From Takakia lepidozioides (taxonomy: Eukaryota; Plantae; Bryophyta): DNA of 64,000 bases. Made by a program: the position numbers and the translations under genes. Position 1 is the stretch's first letter. Every line of letters begins with the position of its first letter. The notes under the pieces are model-generated. The model was given only the letters and a program-made list of their open reading frames with translations, searched no databases and was not told where the DNA came from. The stretch lies in contig CM060731.1 in the NCBI GenBank assembly GCA_030704615.1, positions 93,558,001 through 93,622,000 on the forward strand, written 5' to 3'. Positions 1 through 12,013 of this stretch are shown piece by piece.

Positions 1-870
1 CGGGATCACAGTGCAATCAGCTGGCCACAATCCCTGGCTCACACTAGTCTGCACCCCTGGCTGCGTTACACAACACAACTGATCTGTCTATATGCCCACG
101 CCTACTCATACTTCCATCTGCAATGCCATGCCAACTCTACTACACTCTTATACAACCCACCAGCTGCTCCACCCATATATCCCCCCACACTATTCTCCCA
201 CCAGCTACTTGCTCGTCCCCTTTATCAAACCGCTCCACCACAGACTGCCGAGCTGTGGCCCCACATCAAATGGAACTTCATGCACCTGGTGCCACAAGAC
301 ACAACACTACAAACCCTAACCATTCTCAGCCCCTTCCCACATCGTTCTTCATACCACTGCAATATCATACAAAGATTTGCCTATACCCTATACCCAACAT
401 AGTAAACTAAGCACCCCCCCAAATCCCTAGCAGCCAATTCACGCAACTCCTGTTATCATAACCAGCCTCATAAATCGACACATTACTCAGCTTCAGCCAA
501 AATCCACCCTGTCTGCTTGCAAAATAGCTGCCACCCCACAACCACAACTCTACCTTGCCATATTACTCCATGTTAACTCCCTTTCCTTAATGCTGCACAT
601 TAGACCTCCCACAAGCTGGCTACCTCCCCCCCCCAAAAAAAACACCTTCATCTTTACATGTTCTATCTCATCGCCGTCTCTCATCAATCGCTCCCTCCAC
701 CAGCCCACATGCACATTACTCCGCATTACAATGGCCTCTGACGGCTCGTTGCCACCACTCCATTCCCCAAGCATCCCTCAGCCTCAGAATTTTGTGTGGC
801 CTCGTCGTAATGAGGCCGCAGGGTGCAGAGGGGACAGGGACCTGACAGCGGGCCCCGCTACATTAAAATG
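1..870 (+). mobile_element. Possible degenerate C/A-rich LINE relic
   Basis: Same strong C/A strand bias as the LINE at 26.8-32.1 kb; broken Pro/His/Thr-rich frames; no diagnostic motif is intact. Confidence 0.2.
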
Positions 871-1083
871 ATCCCTATTCCCCCGTTTCTCTTATTCTAG
901 CGACGACCGAAGGTCGGAAGCTAGTTTAGCATAGTGGTCATTTTTGATGCATTGTTGAGGGAGCGTAGGTGGTGCATTAAGATGTCGTCAATGACATCTT
1001 AATATGGGAGGTGCAACGATCACTGGTTCGGGTGTCTCCACTGCAATTTGTCTATCTCATACGATTGCCTGTCCTCATTTCAA

Positions 1084-2080
1084 GTGACCAGGATGCCATG
1101 TTGGGTGAATGGAGTGCAGCAGCCCTACGCGACAGATCTTGTCATCCTTGACATCCCAGATGGGCTTCCAGTGCCTGATATCATTCCCACAGATGTGACT
1201 CCAGCCTGGAATGCTCATAATCCACTTTACTGGCAGTGGGCCTTCTCTCTCAGCAACAAGTTTCTGTCTGACGCTGGGTCGCTTTTGATTTTCCAGGGTG
1301 AGGACATGACATCCCGCCGGTTGCTTCACAGCTACATGAAGTCGTCAGGGTTCAAAATCCGCAAAATTTGGACCTGTGTGAATACCCTGCCACTATCTAA
1401 TGCAGAGTTTCCTTGACAGAAGGTGCTCGCCTGGGCTTTTTTGTGTGTTATTGTTTCGTGGAATTTCCCTTCACAACGTTTCTAACATTGGTGCTGCTGC
1501 AGACACATGTGTTCAAGGCCATTTGTCTTGCTCAAATTCGGCCAGACACCACTCCTGTTCATGTTGGCCATTCGACGTTTGGGAAGGGGGGCTTCACATA
1601 GACCCTAAATGCGACCCTGTGCAATCCGATGTTATCCACAACTATGTGGACTCCTCCCAGACATTGAAAAAAACTGGTGGCATTCCATGGAGAAGTGATC
1701 GGGAGAAGTCACCCGCTTTCATGCAGACTTTGATTGAGACATGCAGCCGGCATGGTGGGAAAGTGGTGGACCTGTCCATGGGTACAGGTTGGTACCCAAT
1801 CAGATTCCATTGTTTGGGTGCACTTCTTTGCCTTCAGATTCTGCTTCTTACTTTGTTTCGTGGATCCATTTGCACTGTTGCAGGGGCTTCCTCCCATGCA
1901 TGCAAGTATGCAGGAAGGCATTTTTTTGGGATGGAGGGGGACGAACATCTCTACTCTCAAGTCATCGCACCTCTGTCTGGGGGTTCATCGCATTCGACCC
2001 AGACTGAGAACATTGTTGTGGAGCAGGATCTGCAAGAGCCCGATGCTCTAGATGTTGATTCCGATTTCTCATGTGAGTAA
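1084..2080 (+). pseudogene. Beta-class N4-C/N6-A DNA methyltransferase-like gene, copy 1 (5'-truncated, spliced)
   Basis: Motif IV-like DLVILDIPDG, then REKSPAFMQTLIETCSRHGGKVVDLSMGTG/ASSHACKYAGRHFFGMEGDE (motifs X-I-II). GT-AG introns at 1423-1502 and 1788-1883. In-frame TGA at 1414 and a frameshift near 1580-1600. Confidence 0.75.
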
Positions 2081-2639
2081 GTGCTAGTTCAGTTGTGGCA
2101 CTTCACTGACACGACAGCGCATCCTTCCATTTCCATCTTTCCTGCACAAGTTGGGCCAGCAGAATGTATATGGACTTACATTGTTTGTTTGTGTGTACAG
2201 GAGCCCAAGGTCGTCACGGTTCCTCCCTTTCTTTGCAAACCCGCAATTTTTCCCAAGTCCGAAAGCAGATTTTAAATTGCCATGTTATGCGGAGGCTGCA
2301 GCTTCGGGAATTTAGTCTCCTCTCTTCTCCCCCTAGTTTGCTTTTGAACAGTGAGGGTTTTGTGCAAAGCAGGGCTAGTGTCTTCATAGACAGTTCTGCC
2401 ATCGTTTTGGACGCCGACTCCAGTAGCACAAAATATTCTTTGTCGGAATGAATCTTCAGTTATTAAAAAATTAAGTTTGAAGCACCAAATGGCCTCTCCA
2501 CCTTCTTTGCAACTGTGTGTCAACAACTATGTCGAGTTCTGATTGCTGGTGAAAGGACAATCACAACCCTCACCAGTGGGCAGAAGTTCACTCTAGAGCT
2601 GGGGGGATTTAGCAACCACTACTCAAAAATGCATCTTAG

Positions 2640-2901
2640 TTTTGCATTAATCTACAAACGACATTCATCCATGTACCATTTGTCAAACATCCTTTCATCC
2701 TCCATTCATCCATCGTTCATCCATCGTTCATCCATAACGATGAATGACGTGTGCATGATAAACTTGACACAACCCGCAGTAATAGGTCCTCTAGGCCGAA
2801 TAGGTGTCCGCGGTTATAGGTGAGCACATGCAGATCCGTGAGCAGAATTCTGCTCACGGAATTTTCTGCTCACGGAATCTGCTCACGGTTTAGCAATCCC
2901 C
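2640..2901. repeat. Probable transposon end: TCATCC repeats, CCGCGG..ATAGG motifs, 24-bp palindrome CCGTGAGCAGAATTCTGCTCACGG, terminal TAGCAATCCCC
   Basis: Same order of motifs as the right end of the nested element at 5440-5662, which ends AGCATTCCCC. Confidence 0.45.
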
Positions 2902-4076
2902 ACAGCGGCCGAATGGAGGAGAAGGCAAGCTCGGAGGCGGGAAGGAGAAAGCAGGTGCAAGGGAGAATGCGTGAAGCACGCTCAGAATTGTGGAATGACA
3001 AGGCGCCGTGGTGGGGAACACGACACGGCGAGGTCGGCTTACGACACGTGGCGGATATGCCACCTCTTGCCTGCGCAAACCGTTGTGAAGTCGGCGTCGA
3101 CTTAAAGAGCCGCCGCCAATTTCAAGCACAGAGTACTGGCTGTTGCATAATGACCGCCCAGCGGACACGTGGGGTGCGACACTGTGGGCGCCGGCAACAA
3201 CGCCACATGTAAATAGTTCATCCAACATGGACCATGAAAATGCACAATAAACATTTTTCCGTTTCGTTGCCATGTTTTTGGGAAATCGGCATGGAATTCA
3301 TAAAAAGGAGGGTGTGCCACAAGAATGTGATAGTAGAAATGTGGTTGAATCCAGGTGGGACTTGTGCATTCTCCCACAAAAACTTTCATTTTGCGCCAAG
3401 ACAGAAAGGAAATGCGTGGAAGTCGGCACAGACTACCGCGTGTTGCGGCAGCTTCGAAACGGATATGATGCTGGATTCTGCACATACTTCCCTTAGCCCC
3501 CCTTCACACAATCCCCACGTTTCACCTCAGCACACAATTTGGCAGCGACTTCCAACGCTTTCTGCCGCTTTGATGTCAATTTATGTTGGAAGTCGGCACA
3601 GACTTCCCACATCTTCGTGCTAAAAAATGTACACAGACCAGCATCTGCCTAAGATATGGGAAGTCGGCACAGACTTCCATGCCTTCGTGCTCCCAATTGT
3701 ACATTCTAGAGCTCTTTGCTAAGAAATATGTGGCAGGTCTGTGCCGACTTACTTGTCTTCTTGCTCAGAATTACACGTTCTCAAGCACTTGGCACAGACA
3801 TATGTGGGAAGTCGGCATAGACTTCCATGTCTTCGTGCTCATAATTGTGAATTCTTCAGCAGTTAGCACAGAAATATGTGGGAAGTCGGCACAAACTTTA
3901 ACTGTCTTCCTGCTCAGAATTGCACGTTCTCAACCACTTGCCACAGAAATATCTGGGAAGTCGGCACAGACTTTTATGTCCTCATCCTGAGAACTGTGCA
4001 ATTCTTCAGCACTTGGCTAAGAAATATGTGGGAAGTCGGCACAGACTTACTTGTCTTCCTGCTCAGAATTGTGCGT

Positions 4077-5662
4077 GCAACGACGCTACCACGTGAGCCT
4101 GGCGTGTGAGCGTGTGAGCGTACGCTCACACAATGGTGATGTGGCGTGAGCCTACGCTCACAGCGCTGACATGGCACTGGTGCTGATGTGGCGTGAGCCC
4201 ACCCAAGGTTGTGCCACGTCACCACAAAGATGGTGGGCCTATAACCGTGGAGCCTATAACTGTGGGATTTCACCATCTGAAGGTGAGATGGGTTAAGGGT
4301 TTAGGGCGTCCACATATATCAACCTTGTGTTAACACGAGGTTGATTTCAAGTTCTCGAAATCAACCTTGTATTAACACGAGGTTGATTTCCGAGAATATT
4401 CATTTGAATGTGACTTCATGTGTTTGCAAATGAACAAATGAGTTTGAGGAACGAATGCAACAAATAGTAGACGCACGCACAACAAGATTGATGACGTGAC
4501 ATACATCGACAGACATACGACTTCATTTTATTTTTTATTTTTATTCTCCCTGGGGGGTGATGCAAATCAACCTTGCATTGACGCAACTTTGATTTGAAAA
4601 ATGAAAGCATCATTTTTTGAAGATTTTTTATTTTTATTTTTATTTTTTTCCCCTCCCTGCGGGGGGTGATGCAAATCAACCTTGCGTTGACGCAACCTTG
4701 ATTTGAGAATGAAAGCATCATTTTTTGAAGATTTGTTTTTTTTTCCCTTCTTGGGGAGTAATGCAAATCAACCTTGCATTGATGCAACCTTGATTTGAGA
4801 AATGAAAGCATCTTTTTTGAAGATTTGTTTTTGTTTTTTTTCTTCCTGGAGGGTGATGCAAATCAACTTTGCTTTGACGCAACCTTGATTTGAGAAATGA
4901 AAGGTTTTTTTTTAAAAAAATATATTATTTTATAAATTTTCCCTGGAGGGTGATGCAAATCAACCTTGCGTTGACGCAACCTTGATTTGAGAAATGAAAG
5001 TTTTTTTTTTTTTTTTTTTTTAAAAATAAAAAATAAAATAAAATAATAAATAAAATAATAAATAAATTTTCCCTGGGAGGGTGATGCAAATCAACCTTGC
5101 GTTGACGCAACCTTGATTTGAGAAATGAAAGCATCATTTTTTTAGGACTGTTTTTTGCATTTTGTATGGTTGCTAGCCTTGTTGTTCTTCGTTTCGTGTC
5201 TTGCAGTGCAAATCTTGCCAACCTGTTCTGCACCATGTTTTTTCATAAACCGCAAAGACGCTTTAGGGATTTCCTGGTGTTTGTCTGGAGAACGTCTATC
5301 AATGAAAAGTGGATGTGAATTGGGGGGAAGGAACTTCGTTAGAACAAACTCATTCTCCTTCGTGTTCATTACGCAACAGGACATTGTACTCTCTGAAATA
5401 TCTTGTGCCCGTGGACAAAAACCATCCACAAACCACCCGTGATTTCTCATCCGACCAAGATTTGGATGAGGGATGAGACTTCTCGAGAATTAAAGTTGGC
5501 AAATCTGGGGCGTGGTAGTCGCCTACAGTTCCGCGGAAATAGGTGGCATCCGCGGAATTAGGTCCTGCACATGGGAAACCTTGCTGATGTGGCGTAAGCC
5601 TAGCTGGGCTCACGCGCTCACAGGCTCACGCGCTCACAGGCTCACGCGCAAGCATTCCCCTG
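4077..5662. mobile_element. Non-autonomous TIR-type element nested in the AGTCGG array
   Basis: Splits one host repeat unit (GAATTGTGCG|TTCTCAACC) with a duplicated GTGCGT (4071-4076 and 5663-5668). GTGAGC repeats at the left end are mirrored by GCTCAC repeats at the right end. Confidence 0.6.
4316..5135. repeat. Tandem quasi-palindromic repeats AAATCAACCTTGCGTTGACGCAACCTTGATTT separated by poly-T/AT linkers
   Basis: About 8 copies visible; the first two read ATCAACCTTGTRTTAACACGAGGTTGAT. Confidence 0.85.
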
Positions 5663-6988
5663 GTGCGTTCTCAACCACTTGGCACAGAAATCTTTGGGAA
5701 GTCGGCACAGATGTCCATGTCTTCGTGCTCAGAATTGTGAATTCTTTAGCAGTTGGCACAGAAATATGTGGGAAGTCGGCACAGACTTACTTGTCTTCCT
5801 ACTCAGAATTGTGCGTTCTCAACCACTTGGCACAAAAATATTTGGGAAGTCGGCACAGACTTCCATGTCTTCGTGCTCAGAATTGTGAATCCTTCAGCAG
5901 TTGGCACAAAAATATGTGGAAGGTCGGCACAGACTTCCATGTCTTCGTGCTGAGAATGATGGCGCTTATATCGAGAGACATGACACCGTTGTCCACTGCA
6001 GCAAAGGGGAGCGGACTGTCTCCATTGTCTTTATCTACCGACACCCAGTCAGTCGTGAGCTTGTTGAGAGGCCAATCGAGGTTACAGCTTCTTGGTGACA
6101 ACATTGCAAACACGTGGCAAATTCCGAAGTTGCCTGAGCATGGAATGCATGCATAACTCAAGCTTACCTCGGCTTGTGAGGGCATACATACTTGTCAAAG
6201 TTCATTATATGAATAAATGATTTCTCTGAAGAAAAGATCCAGTTTTTGTGTAATGTTTCATTTTGTTTCATGTTCACTTTTGCCTCAGAGGATCCAGTAG
6301 TACTGAATCTTGTACTAAGTCAGGAACGAACTCTGTGAAATGCCGCAAGGTGCTGATTTTCTCGCACACCCCACAATTCTGCACCGACTTCAGATCCCAC
6401 GTACATGCAAAGGATATGGAGAAGTCTGTGCCGACTTCCCATCTGAAAATCACGCCTGAAGGCCATCTCGAATTCAGTGCTGACTTACCATTCGGGAATA
6501 TGTTTTTTCCGCTCATTGCAGAAGTCTGTGCCGACTTCCCAAACCCACGACAACTGTACGGGCGATGGCGAAGTCTGTGCAGACTTCCCAAACCCTATAC
6601 ATTGTACGGGCCATTGCGAAGTCTGTGCCGACTTGTAATGATTTCTGAGTGACTTGTCCAGCACACATGTCCAATCTGTGCCGACTTCTCATATTAAGCC
6701 ATGTAATTTTCCACGGTTATAGAAACCCCACCTATTATCATGGGTAGGTTTACGTGGCTGCAACTACGATTTCTTGCCTGCAAGTCGTTGCCGACTTCCG
6801 GAACTACCAACGACGCCGAACCTGTCTTGCATGCCGAACCTACAGTTTGTGCTTTATTCTTAGCGGAAAATAGGGCGTTATGGGCCCATAAACACCCCCG
6901 ACTTTGAGTGTTTTGGAAGGAATGTTCCCCAAAATTCCACTTTTCGCCCATTTTCCGGCCTCTGCTCATGTTTTTGGGTGCTCACTGC

Positions 6989-8958
6989 TCATAGAAAAAC
7001 TACCCCCTTGTTGCCGTGGTGGGTAGGCTGTAGGGCAGCTGAGTGGAGAGGCCAAGATGCATACAGATGAGAAGAGAGCCGATTCCAGACCAGAGCAGGC
7101 AGGGAAAAGAGAAATAGACTGTAATAATTAGCTACAGGGCTGTAGATGATAGGAGTGGGATATTGTGTCTGGTGTGTAGCAGGTTGTGGTATGTTGGGGG
7201 GAAGTAGCGGGTTGTGAGAATGAACTCTGTGGATTAAGGTAGGTAGTGAGGTATTGTGCGAGGCCTGGCAGTGAACTGATGCAGGACCGCAGCAGGATAG
7301 AGGGTGGGAACGAAACAAAGAGAACAATGTGGGAACTATGAGGAGGGGGGCAATACTGATACATAATTGGGGAGGAGGATGAGTATGCTCCCTGGTATTG
7401 AGTAGCTTGTACTGTGATTGAAGCGGGCATTGAGCTCGCCTTGTTTCCGTTATCTCGGATTCGAGATGGCGCTGCTTGCCTCTGTCGCATGAAGTAGGGG
7501 GCTGTCCATCGAGTGGGCCAGTAGCTTGGCCGTGGGTCAGCCAGACCGGATATTCCATCACTCTGGTGCTTTGCATCATGTTGGGCTCAACAATTTGAGA
7601 TATAGAGGGGGGGAGGGAGGGAATCCATCCGTGCGGCGCGTCACCATAGTAAGCATAGTGCCGAGGATTGTGGCTCCTCATGAGGCACTGGGTGGGGAGA
7701 ACTTGCACACCTGAGCATAAGATTACTGGTAATTGCGTAAGAATGTTGATTGCAAGCATGCTCGGAGTGGTAAGAACCAGTGTTGGCCGGGTACCATGTT
7801 TTGAGCCCTCTCCCGGTCCCGGTTATGGCGTACTCTTTGAAAAAAATGGATGGCCGGGGCAGGGTATACCAATAGGTTTGAAAAACATCTCGGTTACAGG
7901 TTCTCAATAAACACATGGATTTTTTGTTGTCTGGTTCTCAATCTACTGTTATGCCATCTTAAAAAATGCCGGTTCCATGGTACCAGTTATGGGATTCATC
8001 CATTTTTATTTATTTTTACTTTTTCTAGCATTTTTGTGTATGTGTGTAAAACTATACACAAACGGGTTGTGGCCTGGTGATAAGCCACTCAAGTATTGGC
8101 CTGTGGGCAAAGTTCAAACGTTCAACCATGTCATCTATCTCTCCGCCTTCAGGCTGGGGGCTTTGCCCCTCTAATACACTAGGCTTACAACTTACAACTA
8201 TTGTCTTAGCCAAATGCCAAATGCCCGACTAATTAATTTCCTACTTGGACATTCTCATTAATGTTGTGCACCTAATCTCCCCAACATCTGTAATTTCTTA
8301 ACTACCATCACTAACCCTTATACTTGTATTATCTAGAACCGCCTCTACGCCATCCACATTTGCTCCGGATCTTGCTCCGGGTATAACACCCTTACAATCA
8401 CCATGCCGGTTCTCTAGCCGGTTAGGAAGCTCGATTTTTTTTCCGGTTCCCTTCCATAGCCGGTTCCTGCGGGGGCTGCACTTTCCGGTTATGCACATGT
8501 GCATAACCGGCAAATAACCGCCGGATATGCATGTCAAGATGCCATACCCGGCCAACACTGGTAAGAACAGGACGCAATAGATGGTACGTTGGTGTAGGCA
8601 TGCCTCACATCTCCATGCTCGATAAAGAGGGGGCGGGTGGTGTGACTTCCATCGCCAGATAGGGGAGCTTGTATATGCTAAAGTAAGGAACGAAATGATG
8701 GCAGTAGCTCGAAGCAGGGAGTAGTCTGTTGGGTGGAACGCTGGGCCGTGGCTGGTGTGTAACTTGAGCGGCAGTCGGGGTAGAATCCACGATTCTGTAT
8801 GCGACAGGCCTAACGAGAGGCCCGATGAGAGGAGGGGCACCGAGTAGACATATGACCCCTGTTCCTGTGAAACGAAATGAAAATGATCTAATGCCAGCAA
8901 CAGTGAGTCCATTGAGCATTGCCTGGTGGACTACCATCTTTCTACGTGGACTTGGCAT
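6989..8958 (-). pseudogene. Degenerate ORF of unknown (probably TE) origin, interrupted by a MITE
   Basis: ORFs 8605-8958 and 6989-7759 appear to join once the 7778-8560 insertion is removed (one stop remains). No recognised domain. Confidence 0.25.
7778..8560. mobile_element. Non-autonomous hAT-type element (MITE-like)
   Basis: 16-bp TIR CAGTGTTGGCCGGGTA / TACCCGGCCAACACTG; perfect 8-bp TSD GTAAGAAC (7770-7777 and 8561-8568); subterminal CCGGTT/AACCGG motifs. Confidence 0.9.
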
Positions 8959-10420
8959 CTGGTGGCGGCCTTTATTCTAAATGGGAATCTCTTCTTTGTC
9001 TACTCACCTCTTGCTGCTCAACTTGCATAATGGTACTACTTGGAGAAAATGTCCGATCTGCTAGAGCGGCCTCTACGGTAGTGCCTATAGTGCATTCCCC
9101 TCCGGGTTGGCCATGGTGTTCATGAGCCCATGCCAACCATGGGTCTTGGTGTAGTCGTACTCCACCGGAGATGGCTTCCTCTCAAACTTGCGTTGCTACA
9201 CATGCCACAAATTAAAGTCAGTTCCTCACGATGATGGAGCCAAAAAGAAGACATAACAAAATACATATAGAAGTATGACTTATAACGTGAGTGATAAAAT
9301 ACTTGGATCTACCAGGGGAGTTGTGTATGGAGTCCGCCTTGTCAAGGCGTGATGTTGCTGCGGAGCGTGCCCTCTCAAAACTGGCCTTCTTTGCTGCATC
9401 ATTCTCTCCCACAATGAGCGCATCCCACGATTCCTATCCCCCCCCACACACAATCAGTAAATCACACACATAAGGTTGTATCGAATCCACCTGAGTGTAC
9501 ATGCAACAAATGGAAGGTGAAATGATTCAAAAAGCCCTCATCTACACTCTATTCCTGGCTTAAATCCCCATCACCGTCTCTCCATTCCCTTCGTATTGCC
9601 ATCATTCTCCCTGTCACAACATCTGGCCACACTGCCCCAAAACTGTGCCAGTTCCCATGGCGGGTGCTTCCACCATTAATACAGCCGAAATCTTAAACTC
9701 TAGCCGTCATACTTCTATGCTCAGAGACTGAGAGACAACCATGTCCAGCTCGTGGAAGACTCTCGAGCCTGCTTGACTTCAGCCTGCACAAGTCTCGATA
9801 TTCTAGGGCAAAATGGATGGATGCTATATAATACATTTGAAATTGGAACATCAATTCAAATACAACGTGACTTAATGTTCAGAGATCCGTTCCATAATCT
9901 AATCCGGTGCTGCTACAAAAATGCACAAAGCTGCAAAGTCTAAGTAGACTTCCAAATGCCTCAGCAGAAGATGCATACACTGGCTTGGCCGGACTTGGTC
10001 ACCCACCTTCAACTGCCATCCAGCCTGAAAACGACAGAAGATACATGAGCAAGCTTTCAGGCAATATCATAGCAACAACAACATTGACATATGTGAAACA
10101 AACTAACATCGCTAAGAATATATGTCTAAGCACCATTATACAAACTCGATGTATGCAAAATGGAAAATTGCAGGTAGGGAACCCTTACCCCATTCTAGCA
10201 ATCAAGGACTGGAGGTTTGGGAGTTGTCAAGATTGCTGACAGGTAGTGCGGCGGCTGCAAGCATCGCACTCCACGACACCAAAGCGGACTGATGATAATA
10301 CTACCAGAAATGCAAGTTTGTCGCTGCAATTCTTGACTCAGCACCAACTATATAGTTGATAGTGGACATAATATTAATCTTAGACTTATTGAAATAAGCA
10401 AATTATAAGTCGGTGCCGAC

Positions 10421-10660
10421 CAGTGTTGGTCTGGTATGGGTATCAGACCCGAGTATTAACGTTGGTATCAACCCTGGTATCAGGGACCAGACCAGCCTGG
10501 TCTTAAGTTCTACAATACCAAGTCATATACCAGGCTATTATCCGTTTTCTCATACCAGCTACAATACTGGAGTACCCCCGGTCGTCTTCCTCATTTACTC
10601 TAGTATGTGTACTATACTAGTTTATGTGTACATACATGTACTTATTTATATTTACTTCTG
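10421..10660 (+). mobile_element. Truncated end of a related hAT-type element
   Basis: Starts CAGTGTTGGTCTGGTATGGG, like the 7778 TIR, with GGTAT/ATACC subterminal motifs. No matching second end found. Confidence 0.35.
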
Positions 10661-10664
10661 GTAG

Positions 10665-10995
10665 ACAGATCACTGCAAAGGGAAGGAATTAGAGATATAG
10701 CCATTAACAATGACTCTGCTTGAAGAGGTAGTCAGTAGAATCTGGACCCATCTACAAATATCTGGTGGGAAACCAATCTTTGCCAAGGCTGCGAGGAGGA
10801 AGGGCCATTCTACCCTATCGAATGCTTTTTCGAAATCCAAGAGTAATGCATCGCTATGGCTTGGTTGGGTTTGGAAGCAAAGTCAGGAACTTTAGGAACC
10901 TCTTGTGCTAAAAGCAGATTATCCAGGATGAATCTCCCTTTTACGAACCCAGTTTGGTTGGGACGGATTAGAGAGGGCAAGAGAGGCTGTAAATA
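10665..10995 (-). mobile_element. L1-type LINE reverse transcriptase fragment
   Basis: LQPLLPSLIRPNQTGFVKGRFILDNLLLAQE, then after a frameshift LDFEKAFDRVEWPFLLAALAKIGFP...RVIVNG. Confidence 0.85.
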
Positions 10996-12013
10996 TAAAC
11001 ACCAAACACCAAACACCAAATACTATTCTCTCTTGGAACAAAAAGTGGAATATGGGCCTACAGTTAGATTCATGAGCCAAGTGGAGTTTATGTTAAAGGG
11101 CTGTATGGGACTTAGACAGTTTTACGGGTTCTGTGGGGTACCCTTAATTTTGCGCAGACTTAAGGGTGGTAGACTCAAACTAACACAGGCCTTAGGGGTG
11201 ACAGAGCAAGATATATGGCGAAAAGACTGACCTGCTAAAGTGTCCACTTTTCTTTGGAGACTGATCGTATTCTCCCAGTGGCTATGCTCAACATTCCAGA
11301 GACTATTGAGCACTGTCTCATCTTTTGCCCCCCTGGTGTTTAAAGTCTGGCATCTGATCTTTAACTTCTACTCTGCCTGGCTTATCAAGCGGACATCCGA
11401 GGAACCAATGAAAGAAAGAATGGACCGCCCAATTCACCTCGTCCCCAAGAGGGGGGTGGGGCTTGCAGTGGCCGTCTGACAAAGAAATGATTCTGACATC
11501 AAACAGATCAGTGGCAAGAACCAAAAATTGACCACCGTAGAGCAGAAGGCTATTATGACCCACATGAAAACCCCGCCCAGAAGCAACATTATCTAGCAAG
11601 GACAAGACCGGCATAATGCTGCAGGGGAGGCTCCCGGGGGGGGCAGCCTTTCCAGATTGGGGGTGATCTGAAAACAGGCCCAAGATGAAGGTAGGGGGCC
11701 AGGGTCTTGGAGACCTCATCCTTATAAGATTCCAATCGTTGAGCATGCGTCTCCTTCCAACAATTTGAGAGACGAGCATGACTCTGCCCCTGTTGCTCAA
11801 TGGATGCTGCTGGTTAAGCAACACTAAATGTTGGGAATCTGAATAACACTGTGGGGAAGCACTTGAAGTAAAGAGGGGAGATGAAAGCAATGATTTCGAA
11901 AACAGGGTGGAGACTGCAAAATAGTAGTTGAATTTTGGTTGGACGAGAGAGCCTCCACTTGTGCAAAGTCTTATGAATAGCATCGCCCCTTCCTCACCAT
12001 CAACAAAGATTAC

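Larger units (their letters stand above)
3415..6800. repeat. Arrays of the AAGTCGGCACAGACTT palindromic motif in about 60-bp units; orientation flips between about 5940 and 6380
   Basis: Many copies of GGAAGTCGGCACAGACTT at 3419-4050 and 5697-5940; reverse form AAGTCTGTGCCGACTT at 6420-6800. Confidence 0.85.

Noticed and set aside
3583-6156. ORFs with repeated WEVGTDF / GKSAQT peptides (likewise KRPP/GGR ORFs at 42-48 kb and 57-58 kb)
   Set aside because: Translation by-products of DNA repeat arrays, open in several frames.
7100-7620. Second PCIF1-like LINE segment on the minus strand
   Set aside because: Resemblance is weak and lies in a stop-containing frame; not supportable by eye.
9200-10300. 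Possible spliced gene relic on the minus strand
   Set aside because: Splice-like signals and short coding-like pieces are present, but no coherent frame or domain could be assembled.
11318-11983. 221-aa ORF downstream of SEUSS
   Set aside because: No convincing domain; probably 3' UTR or decayed TE sequence.
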